64,000 bases of DNA, taken from positions 48,519 to 112,518 of IMG/VR virus record IMGVR_UViG_2863283106_000001, one strand, 5' to 3'. Within the stretch, counting starts at the first letter, position 1. Every line of letters starts with the position of its first letter. This stretch comes from a virus (lineage: Duplodnaviria; Caudoviricetes). The notes beneath the pieces are model-generated. The model was not told the DNA's origin, searched no databases, and saw only the letters and a program-made list of their open reading frames with translations. Positions 1-10,111 of this stretch are shown here, piece by piece. Made by a program: the position numbers and the translations under genes.

Positions 1-3000
1 GGATCTGCAGGAGTATTTCCCGCTTCCCCATGTGCCGGATGTGGTCGCCCGGGTCCGGGGGCAGCGGGGGCAGCGCGGGCAACCGGTCGCGCAGGGTGCG
101 GGCGATCGACGTCTCGTCGCCATCGTCGTCACTGGTGGCGGCGGGTTCGGAGCTGTCACCACCGTTACCGGTACTGCCAGCATCGGTGTTGTCGCTGCTG
201 TCGTTGTCGTCCTGCCCACCGGTCGGCTCGGGGCGGATCTGATTGAGGGTTTCCTGAACCTCCTGCCGCGGGATGCGGACCGCACCCCCCTGCTGCGGCG
301 GGACGAATTGGCCGCTGTTCAGGGCCGCGTCCAGTTCCTCGGGGCTGGCCACGTCCAGGCGCGGCTGGTCCTGCCCGTTGCGGCGCACGACACGGCTTGC
401 GGTGATCGGCGCGGTGCGGCCGTCCTCCGTGCGGACGCGCAGCTCCACGCCGTCGATCGCGGAGACGGTCCCCGCGAGGACGCTCTCCCCGTCCTCAGAC
501 CAGAAGGTGACGCGGTCGCCAGCCTGGAAGTCGCTGATCTTCCAGTCCCGGGTGTAGTCGCCGTCAGGCTCCTCCATGGGGTCGTCGCCCCGGGTGGCGT
601 CCATGACCCACCCCAGGGACCCCATGTCGAGGACGTCCGTCGCGCGGGTGACCGCGACGTACGCCAGGCGCAGCTCCTCGTCTCCGGGGATGGTGTCCCA
701 GTCGATACCTCCCTCGGGTGTCTCCTTCGGGGTGAAGAAGTCACTGGCGATGCGGACGCGCTCGGACTCCAAGCCCTTGGCCTTGTGGGCGGTCGAGACG
801 AGGAGATCGTGCGGGGCGGCCTGGTCGACGACCTGCCCGCCGCTGCTGCTGGGCGGGGCGGTGTACCGGTCGGCGATGTACTGCTCGACCTTCTGCAGGA
901 TCCGGGCGCGCTCGTCCTCGGGGACGTAATCGCCCTTCCTCGGCGGCGGGTACCCCCACCGCTTGCTGACGCCGTCCCAGCCGAAGCCCTGGCGCTTGAG
1001 CCATTCCTTCGTGGTCTCGAAGTTGCTGTCGCCGAAAGCGAGCTTGACCCACATGTGCTCGCCGTCGTCTTCCACCAGCGGCCGCGGCATGCGCACCGCG
1101 TTCAGGAGCGCCTCGAGGTCTTCGCTGTGGCGCTCCATCAGCTTGAACATGCTGTCGAGCTGCTTGAGGTTCTTGTCGCCCGCGACCTCTTCGCGGATGT
1201 CTTCCCAGGCCATGCCGTTGAACTGGGCCAGGTCCTGGTGCTTGGTGCGCTTGCCGTCCCGGAGCGCCTCGGCTGCTTCCAGGAACTTCCGCAGGTCGTT
1301 GAGGCCTCCGGAGACGGCAACCCTCCGACCGGCCTGTAGTCCTTCCACGGCGCCGAGAACGACGCCGGCGTTGGTGCGGGCGATGAGCATGGTTTCGTCG
1401 CCCGGGTTGATCTCCCCGATGTGGGAGTTCTTGCGGTCCCAGCCCTTGAGGCGCATCCGGGAGCCGACCAGCCGCAGGAACCGGTTACCGGCGTCGGCGA
1501 CAGCGTCACCGAAGCGGAACGTCTGGGTGAGGGTGGCCGTGGCGTCTGCGGGGAGCCGCCCCAGGGCGTCCGTGGCGCCCCGGAAGCCGTAGATGGCCTG
1601 GTTGGAGTCACCGACCGCGACGACCTGGATGCCGGCGGCGCGGATGTTGCGGACGATGCCCTCCATGACCGGGTTCACGTCCTGCGCTTCGTCCCAGAAC
1701 AGAACATCGGTGTCCGGCACCCTGCGGGACAGTGCCCACATCTTGACGGGGTGGTCGAACGACAGGGGCAGGTCGCGGTCCTTGTTCTTCGCCTTCGGGT
1801 CGGTGAGGTTGGCCCACATCTGCTCGGCGAGCGGCTTGACCGCCGCGAACACGGCCGCCCGGTTGCGGAGCTCCTCGGGCAGGTGGTGCTCGGCGAAGTC
1901 GTCGTCGTCGGACTTGACCCACGCGGAGAGCAGTTCGTTGGCGTAGTGTGCGGCCCGGCGCGGGGACAGCGAGTCGCCGCCGGCCTGGATCGGCTCGTAC
2001 CAGCGCATGCGGTCGGCGAGCTGCTGATCGTTGAGGCGCGGCCACTTCAACCGCTCGAGCAGGTCCTTGTCGACCATGCTGTTCGCGTACGCGTTGGCCG
2101 TGGTCGGGGTGAGATTCTTCCCGTATTCGCCGCGCTGCTGCGACTCGATCGCCTCATCGGCCACGGACCGGTTGAACGCCAGGTACAGGATCCGCTTGTT
2201 CGGCATGCGCCGGGACAGCATCTTGAGCGTCGTGGACTTGCCGGTGCCAGCGAGCGCCATGACACGCATGTCCAGGCCGCGGCGGGCGGCGCCCTCGATG
2301 ATGACCCGCTGCTCGTCGGTGGGCGGGTACGCCTCGCCGGCGGACGCCTGGGCCTCGATCCGCTCCCAGTCGGCGTCCGAGTAGCCTCCGGGCTTCGCGG
2401 GCGGCAGCTCGTCCACGCTGGAAACGGCGCCGCGGGCCTCGTCCTGGTTCAGGCCGTACCCGCCGACGCGGTCGAGGAGGATGCTGCCGCGGGACGGCTC
2501 GACCAGCTTGCCGTCCTTGTCGTACTCCGGTTCCCGCTCCCAGCGGTCGGCTTCCTCCCGCTGCAGCGCCCACAGCCGGCGCTCAGCGCGCAGCCGGTAC
2601 GCCAGTTCCAGCGGGTCGGTGGACTCCTCCAGGGCGCGGGTGACGTCCTCCAGGCCGTCGACCTCGTTCTCGATCTCCTCGGCGCTCATGTCGGCCGGTT
2701 CGCGGTCGCCGATCGGGTCGGTGCTGCCCGCCTCGCCCTCCGGCTGCGGGGCTGGCGGCTGGTTCACAGTGCCCGCGGCGGGGGTGTCGCTCTCCGGGGT
2801 CTCCGGAGCGCTGTTCTCCGGCGCCTCGGGCGCGTCCGTGGCCGGGGCGTCACCTTCGGGGGCCTCCGGCGCGTCCGTGTCCGGCACCTCGGGCGCGGCC
2901 TCGTCCGGGTACAGCACCCGCACCTCGACATCGGACGGGAGCAGGTGCTCCTTGCCGTCTTCGTCGACGACCAGGACGCGACCGCGACCGGTGAGCACGG

Positions 3001-6000
3001 GCTTCCGCGCCACGGTGCGCGCGCGGCCTCCGCTGTCCAGGAACCGGTCCCCGGACTCCAGGTCCATGGGCGCGCGAAGCTGTGCCTCCCGGAGGTTGGT
3101 GGTGTCGCGTCCCTCGGCGTCCGCGAACATGTCGGGGGTGCCGAACTCGTCGGCGGCCCGGTCGTCGGGGTTGTTCAGGTCCGCGGCCCTGTTCGGCCCG
3201 GTGTTGGCCGGCTGGTCGACGTCGAACAGGCCGCCCGGCTCCTCCACGGGCTGCTTCGGCTTCGGCTTCGGTTCCTGCTTCGGCTTGCGGCCGGCGCGGC
3301 GGGCCTCCTCCGCCTCGAGGACCTGCATGCGGGTGCGGTCGGCGCCAGACAGCTCCCCGGCCATGTCCCGCTCCATCAGGGCGACGATCTCTTCGCGGAT
3401 CTCCGGGTCCGTCATGGTGGACGGGGCCTTGGAGCCTTCCGGGCGTATCGCGTCGAGCTGTTCGGACACCTCGTCGGGCGACATGCTGACGGTGCCGTCA
3501 CCATCACCGCCGTCACCACTGCCGTCGGCGTCATCGGTGCCGTCGGCGTCATCGGTGCCGTCGGCGTCATCGGTGCCGTCGGCGTCCGGCGCCTGCGTGT
3601 CCTTCTCTCTCTGCGCGCGGCGTTCCCGCAGTTCAGCCGCAGCCTGGTCAACGCGCTTGGTGTAGGTGTTGTACGCCCGAACCTCATCCGGGTCGGACTC
3701 CAGGCCCTCGCCGCCCGCCATCGTCCACGCCCACTCGAGGAGAGCGCGGTGGACCTCGACCGGCCCGGTCACCCTGAGCGTGCCGTTGCGGCCCTTCTTG
3801 GCCTCCTTGAGGGCCTTCCGGGTGTCCGGGTCCTCCATCGCCGCGGTCTCTTCCGTGCTGAGGAAGTCGGCGAGGGCCTCCGGCATGGTCAGGGTGATGA
3901 AGTCCTCGGGCTTGTCCCACGCGTAGCGCAGTGGCTCATCCGCCGGCTCCGAGTTGTTGCGGTTGTTGTCGCTCTCGCGGCGCGCGAGTTCGGCCTCGAC
4001 GTCGGTCAGGCGCTGCTTACGGATCTTGGTGATCTCGTCGGTCTCGTATGACGGGCGAGCGCTGGCGAGCTCAGCCCGCTCGGCATTGAGCTGCTCGGTG
4101 TCGAGATCGGCGACCGGCGGCCGCGCCTGCAGTTCCTGCGCGCGCTGCTGTGCCTGTGCCGCGGTCTCCTTCTTCCGCCTGGCCTCCCGGATCGCTCGGG
4201 CGTCGGCTTCGAACCGGTCGGCGTTGGCGTCGAGGCGGTCATCGAGCTGCAGCAGTGCCCGCTGCAGGTCTTGGTCGAGACTCTCGGTGTCCAGGCCCTC
4301 GAGGGCGGCAAGAGCGCCACGCATCGCGTCCGCGTTCTGCTGGTAGCCCTCGGGGCCCTTCGGGGCGTCCGTAACGTTCTGCATGTGCTGGGCCAGGGCG
4401 CGGAACTCCTCCGGCGCCCCGTCCGGCCACTGCCGCTCGGCGAGCTCGTTGACCTTGCCCCAGTCGCTGATGACATCCCTGGCCGCGACCCTGGCATCAC
4501 CAACGGCGGGATGCGCCTGCATACGGGCACCGCTGTCGCGCTGCACGTCTTCCAGACGCCGGCGGGACCTGGGGACGACGGACAGCATGTCGCCGGGGCG
4601 CGCGCCGAACTGATCGATCTCCTCGCGGCCGCCGAGGCTGCGGGTGGTGAAGGTGCGGCCGCCCTCGTACCGGTCCACGCGGGTGACGACGTGCCCGAAC
4701 ATGCCACGTGCCACGACGTCACCAACGCGCACACGGTCGGCGCGGACTTCCTCGGGGGTGAAACCGTCGGTGTTCCCGGACACCTGCACCTGCGTCGGCA
4801 TCCGCAGAACGCGGGCGGTGTCGCCAGACACGATCACCTTGCCGTCCGGGCCCGTCAGCGTGACGTCCACCAGGGGCGCGCCGGTCGTTCCCGGGCCGGG
4901 CGAGTAGGTCGAGGCGATAGTGCCCTCGACGGTGACCGTTCCCGGCTTGGGCATGCTGCGGGTGCTGTCCGGCCACTCGATGTCACGGCCGTTGATGGTG
5001 ACGGTGACGCGGTCGCCGTGCTTGAGGCTGTCGCGGCTGACCGTCTCTGGGGTGTCGCTGCTGGACGCGTCGGTGTTTCCTTCGCCGGTGCCCGCAGCCG
5101 GGTCGTTCTGCGTTCCGGGAGCGTTCTCGTTCTGGCCAGGCTGGTTCTGTGCGCGCTTGTTGGCCTGGGAAGCGTCAGCGTCTGCCTGGGCTTTGGCGAT
5201 GGCCGCCTTGCCCGTGCCCTCGGTGTGGGACGTGTAGCTTCCGGGAGTGCTCCAGTCGAGCGGCTGCCCGTCATCACCGCGCACGGCCTCGAGGTCGCGG
5301 GCCGCCGCCATGCCCGAAGGCTTTGAAGCGAAGCCGTGAGCGACCAGCAGGGACGTGCCGGTGTGGTGAAGGTCCCACACGTTTCCTCGCCGGACGAGGA
5401 CGAAGTGCCCGGCGGGGGAGAGCTGGGCGCGGGGGAGCTTGCGGGCGGCGGTCTCTCCGTTCTTCGCCTGGATCCTGCGGGAGCGTTCGCTGTCGTCTCC
5501 TTCTCGAACCGGGTCGGGTCCGTTCTCCCAGTGCTTGCGGACAGCGTTGATGGTGGCGAAGCGGCGCTCACCGCCTGGAGCGTCGGTCTTCGGCTTCTTG
5601 GGTGCTGTGGTCTTCTTCGCCGTGGGCCGGGGGGTGGTGTCGAACTCTGTACGGGCCCGGGTGATGGCGGCCTGGATGTTCTCGCCCTTGGTGGAGCGCC
5701 AGGAGCCGGCGGCCCGGTCGAGGTCGGGGTTGGAGAAGTCGAACCCGCCGGGTGTCGCGGTGTCGGCGGTGGTCTGGGCGAGGTGGTCGGCGAACCGGGA
5801 GGCTTCCTGCGGGGAGTCGAAGTCGCCGGCGGCGTCCATGCGCTGACCGGTGCCGGTGGCCGTCAGGTACCAGCGGCCGCTGGAGTCGTCGCGGAGGATT
5901 GCCAGGCCGCCGGTGCGGTTGGTCACCAGGTCGTCGTCTTCGGCGACGGACCGCAGGAACCGGTCCATGTCCGGCCCTGTGTCGGGTCGTGCGGCGAGCT

Positions 6001-6601
6001 GGTGGAAGTGCTGGCGGACGGCTGCGACGTCCTTGAATCGGGAGCCTTTCTCGTGCCGCTTGTTCGGCAGGGCGTCGGTGTTGAGGGGGTGTCGGCCGTC
6101 GGCCGGCTCGTCCTCGTCGTCATCGTCGTCCGGGCCGTCGCCGTCATCGTCGCCGATGGGGCGGCCCTGGTCGTCGACGTCGTGCGGGTCGTTCGGGGTG
6201 TCCGGGTCGCCGTCGTCGTCCCGGGCCAGGCCGTTGCCGCGGCGCGGGTCCTTGCGGCGCTTCTCGTCCTCCGCCGCGACCTTGTCCTGGTCCTCGGTGG
6301 GCGCGGTGCCGTCGGGGCGGGTGACCATTGACACCCACTTGGCGCTGGTGGTGTGTCGGCGGCCGCGGAATTCGTTCGGGCCGCTCTGGTCCTGGACGAG
6401 GATGCGGTCATGCGGGAGTGCTCGGACGACGCGCGCGAGCTTGCCGCCCCACAGGCGGACAGTGCCGCCGGTCTCGATGAACCTGCCCTTGCTGTCGCGC
6501 GGGTGCAGGGCGGGGTTCCACTTACGGCGGGCGGCCTTGACCTCGAGGGCGTCACTCAGGGCCTGCAACTCAGCGTGCGCAGCAGCGGGGCGATTCAGCA
6601 T
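1..6601 (-). CDS. Giant polyvalent protein (>2200 aa, 3' end outside window) with N-terminal HPRDxxGRF motif and SF1/UvrD-like helicase domain (~640-2330)
   Basis: Hand-translated at both ends and in the helicase region: MLNRPAAAHAELQALSDALEVKAARRKWNPALHPRDSKGRF...; Walker A ALAGTGKST (2231-2257), DEAQD (~1679-1693), GDSNQAIYGFRGA, STAHKAKGLE, YVAVTRA. Frame is still open at position 1, which explains its absence from the ORF track. The long + strand ORFs 32-6331 all lie in the antisense frame. Confidence 0.9.
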   Translation of the reverse strand, partial: MLNRPAAAHAELQALSDALEVKAARRKWNPALHPRDSKGRFIETGGTVRLWGGKLARVVRALPHDRILVQDQSGPNEFRGRRHTTSAKWVSMVTRPDGTAPTEDQDKVAAEDEKRRKDPRRGNGLARDDDGDPDTPNDPHDVDDQGRPIGDDDGDGPDDDDDEDEPADGRHPLNTDALPNKRHEKGSRFKDVAAVRQHFHQLAARPDTGPDMDRFLRSVAEDDDLVTNRTGGLAILRDDSSGRWYLTATGTGQRMDAAGDFDSPQEASRFADHLAQTTADTATPGGFDFSNPDLDRAAGSWRSTKGENIQAAITRARTEFDTTPRPTAKKTTAPKKPKTDAPGGERRFATINAVRKHWENGPDPVREGDDSERSRRIQAKNGETAARKLPRAQLSPAGHFVLVRRGNVWDLHHTGTSLLVAHGFASKPSGMAAARDLEAVRGDDGQPLDWSTPGSYTSHTEGTGKAAIAKAQADADASQANKRAQNQPGQNENAPGTQNDPAAGTGEGNTDASSSDTPETVSRDSLKHGDRVTVTINGRDIEWPDSTRSMPKPGTVTVEGTIASTYSPGPGTTGAPLVDVTLTGPDGKVIVSGDTARVLRMPTQVQVSGNTDGFTPEEVRADRVRVGDVVARGMFGHVVTRVDRYEGGRTFTTRSLGGREEIDQFGARPGDMLSVVPRSRRRLEDVQRDSGARMQAHPAVGDARVAARDVISDWGKVNELAERQWPDGAPEEFRALAQHMQNVTDAPKGPEGYQQNADAMRGALAALEGLDTESLDQDLQRALLQLDDRLDANADRFEADARAIREARRKKETAAQAQQRAQELQARPPVADLDTEQLNAERAELASARPSYETDEITKIRKQRLTDVEAELARRESDNNRNNSEPADEPLRYAWDKPEDFITLTMPEALADFLSTEETAAMEDPDTRKALKEAKKGRNGTLRVTGPVEVHRALLEWAWTMAGGEGLESDPDEVRAYNTYTKRVDQAAAELRERRAQREKDTQAPDADGTDDADGTDDADGTDDADGSGDGGDGDGTVSMSPDEVSEQLDAIRPEGSKAPSTMTDPEIREEIVALMERDMAGELSGADRTRMQVLEAEEARRAGRKPKQEPKPKPKQPVEEPGGLFDVDQPANTGPNRAADLNNPDDRAADEFGTPDMFADAEGRDTTNLREAQLRAPMDLESGDRFLDSGGRARTVARKPVLTGRGRVLVVDEDGKEHLLPSDVEVRVLYPDEAAPEVPDTDAPEAPEGDAPATDAPEAPENSAPETPESDTPAAGTVNQPPAPQPEGEAGSTDPIGDREPADMSAEEIENEVDGLEDVTRALEESTDPLELAYRLRAERRLWALQREEADRWEREPEYDKDGKLVEPSRGSILLDRVGGYGLNQDEARGAVSSVDELPPAKPGGYSDADWERIEAQASAGEAYPPTDEQRVIIEGAARRGLDMRVMALAGTGKSTTLKMLSRRMPNKRILYLAFNRSVADEAIESQQRGEYGKNLTPTTANAYANSMVDKDLLERLKWPRLNDQQLADRMRWYEPIQAGGDSLSPRRAAHYANELLSAWVKSDDDDFAEHHLPEELRNRAAVFAAVKPLAEQMWANLTDPKAKNKDRDLPLSFDHPVKMWALSRRVPDTDVLFWDEAQDVNPVMEGIVRNIRAAGIQVVAVGDSNQAIYGFRGATDALGRLPADATATLTQTFRFGDAVADAGNRFLRLVGSRMRLKGWDRKNSHIGEINPGDETMLIARTNAGVVLGAVEGLQAGRRVAVSGGLNDLRKFLEAAEALRDGKRTKHQDLAQFNGMAWEDIREEVAGDKNLKQLDSMFKLMERHSEDLEALLNAVRMPRPLVEDDGEHMWVKLAFGDSNFETTKEWLKRQGFGWDGVSKRWGYPPPRKGDYVPEDERARILQKVEQYIADRYTAPPSSSGGQVVDQAAPHDLLVSTAHKAKGLESERVRIASDFFTPKETPEGGIDWDTIPGDEELRLAYVAVTRATDVLDMGSLGWVMDATRGDDPMEEPDGDYTRDWKISDFQAGDRVTFWSEDGESVLAGTVSAIDGVELRVRTEDGRTAPITASRVVRRNGQDQPRLDVASPEELDAALNSGQFVPPQQGGAVRIPRQEVQETLNQIRPEPTGGQDDNDSSDNTDAGSTGNGGDSSEPAATSDDDGDETSIARTLRDRLPALPPLPPDPGDHIRHMGKREILLQI
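3521..3586. repeat. 18-bp tandem repeat (GCCGTCGGCGTCATCGGT) x ~3.5 encoding an acidic DADGTD linker
   Basis: Directly visible tandem repeat inside the giant ORF. Confidence 0.9.
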
Positions 6602-6608
6602 GCCGCGG

Positions 6609-6639
6609 ACCATGCACAGTGCAGGTGGTTAGCGTCGCG
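6609..6639 (-). promoter_or_regulatory. CGCGAC-class promoter (CGCGAC-N19-CATGGT, 7 nt before ATG; leaderless)
   Basis: Motif recurs 9 times with fixed spacing upstream of genes. Confidence 0.7.
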
Positions 6640-6673
6640 CCCTGGCGTGCGGGCGCGACACCACGGCGGCGGC

Positions 6674-6919
6674 CTACATCGTTTCGGTCAGGATGTGGAA
6701 GAGGAACCAGACGGCGCCGCCGGCGACAGTCACCGTGAACAGGGCCCTTCCGGTTTTCGAGGTGCGGGTGCGGAAGGCTCTGCGGGTGGTCTCGCTGAGG
6801 GTGTCGTCGTCCTGCTTGTTCACCAGAGTGACCGTCTCGTAGATCACGAAGAACGCGGCCCACGTTCCCCAGAGGATGCGGCTGGTGTGGCGGCGGAGGA
6901 ATTGCACGGCAGTCTTCAC
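6674..6919 (-). CDS. Small membrane protein (2 predicted TM helices)
   Basis: GTG overlaps the nuclease stop (GTGA), RBS AAGGAG; hydrophobic segments ILWGTWAAFFVIY and ALFTVTVAGGAVWFLF. Confidence 0.7.
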   Translation of the reverse strand: MKTAVQFLRRHTSRILWGTWAAFFVIYETVTLVNKQDDDTLSETTRRAFRTRTSKTGRALFTVTVAGGAVWFLFHILTETM

Positions 6920-7275
6920 GGGGACTCCTTGGCGGCGGGGACGGGGCGGGGACCGGTGCCGTCGTAGGGAGCGGCGTGACCGGCGTCGAGGAGGGCGCTG
7001 TTCAGGGATGCGCCGTCGGCGGCCGTGATCGTGGCGAGCCAGCGGCCGTATTTCTCTTTGTGGTGGGTCCGCACCACCAGGCCCGGGGCGTGCTGGGTGA
7101 ACCAGTCGGCGGCCCACGCCTTGGCGGCCTTGCCCTCGGGGGTGTTCTTCTCCGGCGTGTTCAGCCCGAGGAGGCGGACGCGCTGGCGGGTGCTGATCCC
7201 GAAGCCGAGGTCGATGTTCAGGTCGTAGGTGTCGGCGTCGACCAGGTGCTGGAGCGTGGCGGGGTAGATGTTCAC
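6916..7275 (-). CDS. Thermonuclease (SNase-like) family protein
   Basis: VDADTY...RVRLLGLNTPE...KEKYGRWLA motifs. Confidence 0.88.
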   Translation of the reverse strand: MNIYPATLQHLVDADTYDLNIDLGFGISTRQRVRLLGLNTPEKNTPEGKAAKAWAADWFTQHAPGLVVRTHHKEKYGRWLATITAADGASLNSALLDAGHAAPYDGTGPRPVPAAKESP

Positions 7276-7276
7276 G

Positions 7277-9760
7277 TCAGCTCACCTCTTCGTCCGTGGC
7301 GTAGTGGAGGCGGCATCGGCAGTTGATCGTCAGCGCGAGCGGCGCGAAGGGGTCGCCGGGATACCGGAGCTGGGCGCCGTCGATCTGGTAGGGGGTGCCG
7401 GCGGGCAGGGTCTTGCCGTGCAGTGCCTTGTGCGCGGGCCGGACGCGGTCGTCCCGGCGGGTGACCCAGGTGCGGACGACGTCGGGGCCAGCGCTCTCCG
7501 CCGCGGCGTCCGCGGCCCCGTTGATGGTGGCGACGGCACACGTCTCGGCAGTCCGGGCCACCAGGGCGGGCACGGCCGCGTTGTAGTAGCCGCCCACTGT
7601 GTGCACGAGGGTGTCGAGGTCAAGGTCTGAGTCGTTGTCCTGCGTCTCCCGCAGCACTTCGGCGAGCTCGCCGAGGAAGGCGGTGATGGCTTCGCCGGCG
7701 TACATCGCGGTGACGAGCGCGGCCGCGGCCACGGCCGGGGGCACCGTGTCCGTACCGGTGAGGGCCTGGCTCAGCTTGCGGGCGGTGGCGGTGGCGGCGC
7801 GCTGCAGGATCGGGGCGAGGGTGTTGGTGGTCTCCTCTGCCCAGCGGGCGGCGGACACGACACGGTCCTCGTCGATGTTCGCGTCGCCGCCGCGGGTGTC
7901 GTGTTCGTTTTCCGGCTCCCAGAACCGGGTGTACTTGCGGGTCTTCGGGGCGCGGAGCCGGGCGACGATGACGCCCTCCTGCCGTGCCAGAAGCGCGGTG
8001 AGGGCCGCCTGCACGGCCATGGCCAGGGCGTCGAAATCGGCGTCGGTGACCTCGAACCCGTCCCGCGGGAGTGCCTTAGTCTCGATCGGGGCGCGCGCGT
8101 TCTCGACGTCCTCGGCCGCGGGCCCGGAGTCGGGCTGCATGCGGGTGGCGCGGGCGCGCGCGACGTCGTCGGCCGCATCTCCGGGGAGTGCGTCGGTGCT
8201 CTCGGCGCGGGCCGCCGCGACGTCGTCCGCGGCGGTCGCCGCCGGTCCGGCCGGCAGCTCGAGGGGCGCCTGCCCGCGGGCTGCGGCGACGTCGTCCGCT
8301 GCGGTCGGGGACGTCTCGAGTGCGCGGGCTGTGGCGACGTCCGCGGCGGCGGGCCCGTCTCCGGGGGCCGGGGGCAGCGCCGCGGCGGGGTCGGCCCCAA
8401 GGCCACCGTCAAGGGCGGGGTCGCCACCGAGGCCGGGGTCAGGGGCGAGTCCGAGGGCGGCCGCGTCCTGGTCGTTGGCCGGTACGGGCGCCTTCTGCGG
8501 GCTGATCCACAGCGCGCGGGACTGGGGGGTGTTGAACGGCCGGCGCTTGGCGATCTCCCGGTACTCGTCGATGGTGATCAGCCCGGCCTCGAACTCCTTG
8601 CGGGCTTCCTCGCGGGCCTGGCGGCGGGGGAACTCCAGGGCCTGGACCTGGGAGGTGTCGAACCGGATCACCCAGTCGTCGGACAGGTCTGGGTCGAACG
8701 CCGAGGCGATCAGGTTGAGGTGGGGCAGCTCGGTGTGTGCCCAGAAGTTCCACTCTTCGCGGTCGGCGTTGTTGAACGTCCGCTCGCTGGCGTTGCCGAT
8801 GACGGACTCGTACACGCCGAACGCGGAGAGGATCTCGTTCTTGGCGGTGCTGGCCAGCGTCTCGTATGCCATCTCCCGCGGGCGGGCGGAGGTGTCCACG
8901 TAGGTGACGCCGCCGGGGCCGGTGCCGACGAGGGTGAGCTGGCCGGCGTTGTGTGCGCCTGGGGCGAGGCGCCGTTGGATCCGTTCGACTTCGGCGGAGT
9001 CGACGCCGTCCAGGTCGATACCGACAATGCCGCCCGGTCTGCCGTCATTGTCGATAAATGAGATGTTGTAGGTGCGGGCCTTGACGTCCAGGTCGACGGA
9101 CAGGCCGGCGGCCTCGAGCGGGGTCACGCCGCAGAACGGATCGGTGGGGTGCGGGTCGCGCAGCCAGATCACTTTCTCCGGCTTGAGCTCCCGGATGTGT
9201 CCGGCGTAGTCCGTGAACTCGAAATGCTTGATGTAGTCGGCGTTCCGGTCGTCCGGGATGATCTGGACGCGGTCCGGTGGCAGCAGGTCAAGCCTGACCA
9301 GGACTCCGCCGCGGCTGTACGTCTTCTCGATGAACACACCCTTCTTGCTGAGCAGCAACTGGGCGCTGAGTCGCTTTTTGAAGACGTCGCCGGTCTCGAG
9401 GGGGTTGGCCCGCTTGTTCAGCAGCCGCAGCAGCGGGTGGTCCTCGAGGGTCTCCTCGAACTCCCGCTCGTCGCCGCCGCGGCCGATCTGTATGGGCAGG
9501 GTAGAGGCGTGCTTGCTGATCGCCTCGACGCTCTTGAAGGTCCAGATGCTGCGCTCGTAGCCCTCGATGACGACGCGCTCGAGGTCCCAGCCGTCCGCGC
9601 GGCCGGGGGTGCCCCAGACGTTGGTGACGCCGGCGTACGACATCGATGTGTAGACGCCGCCCCCGGCGAGGAGGTCCTTCGTCTCCACGGGTGGGGGTGG
9701 CGGCTCGACCGTTCGGGGGGCGAGGAGGCCGCGGAGCGTGGGGAGGAACTGGCGGGGCAT
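7277..9760 (-). CDS. Phage portal protein fused to C-terminal MuF (phage minor head) domain
   Basis: N-terminal HK97-like portal features (HPLLRLLNKRANPLET, GVTPLEAAG, ILSAFGV, ITIDEYRE); C-terminal WVTRRDDRVRPAH...YPGDP...INCRC MuF motif; repetitive Ala/Asp linker between them. Confidence 0.9.
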   Translation of the reverse strand: MPRQFLPTLRGLLAPRTVEPPPPPVETKDLLAGGGVYTSMSYAGVTNVWGTPGRADGWDLERVVIEGYERSIWTFKSVEAISKHASTLPIQIGRGGDEREFEETLEDHPLLRLLNKRANPLETGDVFKKRLSAQLLLSKKGVFIEKTYSRGGVLVRLDLLPPDRVQIIPDDRNADYIKHFEFTDYAGHIRELKPEKVIWLRDPHPTDPFCGVTPLEAAGLSVDLDVKARTYNISFIDNDGRPGGIVGIDLDGVDSAEVERIQRRLAPGAHNAGQLTLVGTGPGGVTYVDTSARPREMAYETLASTAKNEILSAFGVYESVIGNASERTFNNADREEWNFWAHTELPHLNLIASAFDPDLSDDWVIRFDTSQVQALEFPRRQAREEARKEFEAGLITIDEYREIAKRRPFNTPQSRALWISPQKAPVPANDQDAAALGLAPDPGLGGDPALDGGLGADPAAALPPAPGDGPAAADVATARALETSPTAADDVAAARGQAPLELPAGPAATAADDVAAARAESTDALPGDAADDVARARATRMQPDSGPAAEDVENARAPIETKALPRDGFEVTDADFDALAMAVQAALTALLARQEGVIVARLRAPKTRKYTRFWEPENEHDTRGGDANIDEDRVVSAARWAEETTNTLAPILQRAATATARKLSQALTGTDTVPPAVAAAALVTAMYAGEAITAFLGELAEVLRETQDNDSDLDLDTLVHTVGGYYNAAVPALVARTAETCAVATINGAADAAAESAGPDVVRTWVTRRDDRVRPAHKALHGKTLPAGTPYQIDGAQLRYPGDPFAPLALTINCRCRLHYATDEEVS

Positions 9761-10104
9761 CAGGCCCCCTCAGACTCGTGGGTGGCGAGCCAGAGGCCGG
9801 CCGCGGTGACGGCGAGGGCGATGTAGAGCCAGCCCGCGGGCGCGTACAGCACGAACGCGCACGCGGTGACGCCGCTGTACCCGACTCCGCAGACTGCCCA
9901 GCGCAGGACGTGCACGCGGCGTGGGGCGTCGGGCTTGGGGGTGATCAGCCAGCCCGCGACGATGAGCCCGATCATGACGGCGTTCAGGGCCGCAGCCCAG
10001 TGGAGTGCGCCCAGCGCCACGAGGACACCGAGCACGCCGAGAGCGGTGAGGCACAGGCCGGCGGCTTCGCGGGCGAGCGCCCTGGGGGTTCGCTGAGTAG
10101 TCAC
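9760..10104 (-). CDS. Small multi-pass membrane protein translationally coupled to the portal gene
   Basis: About 4 hydrophobic segments; stop overlaps portal ATG; GTG start lies 7 nt after the promoter -10. Confidence 0.75.
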   Translation of the reverse strand: MTTQRTPRALAREAAGLCLTALGVLGVLVALGALHWAAALNAVMIGLIVAGWLITPKPDAPRRVHVLRWAVCGVGYSGVTACAFVLYAPAGWLYIALAVTAAGLWLATHESEGA

Positions 10105-10111
10105 GCCGCGC

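Noticed and set aside
6654-6659. Plus-strand CGCGAC here and at 26801-26806
   Set aside because: Both lack the RYWAR extension and a correctly spaced -10 with a downstream start; probably chance matches in high-GC DNA.
32-6967. Long + strand ORFs (435, 876, 351, 331, 204 aa)
   Set aside because: All lie in the antisense frame of the giant minus-strand gene; typical high-GC shadow ORFs with no motifs.
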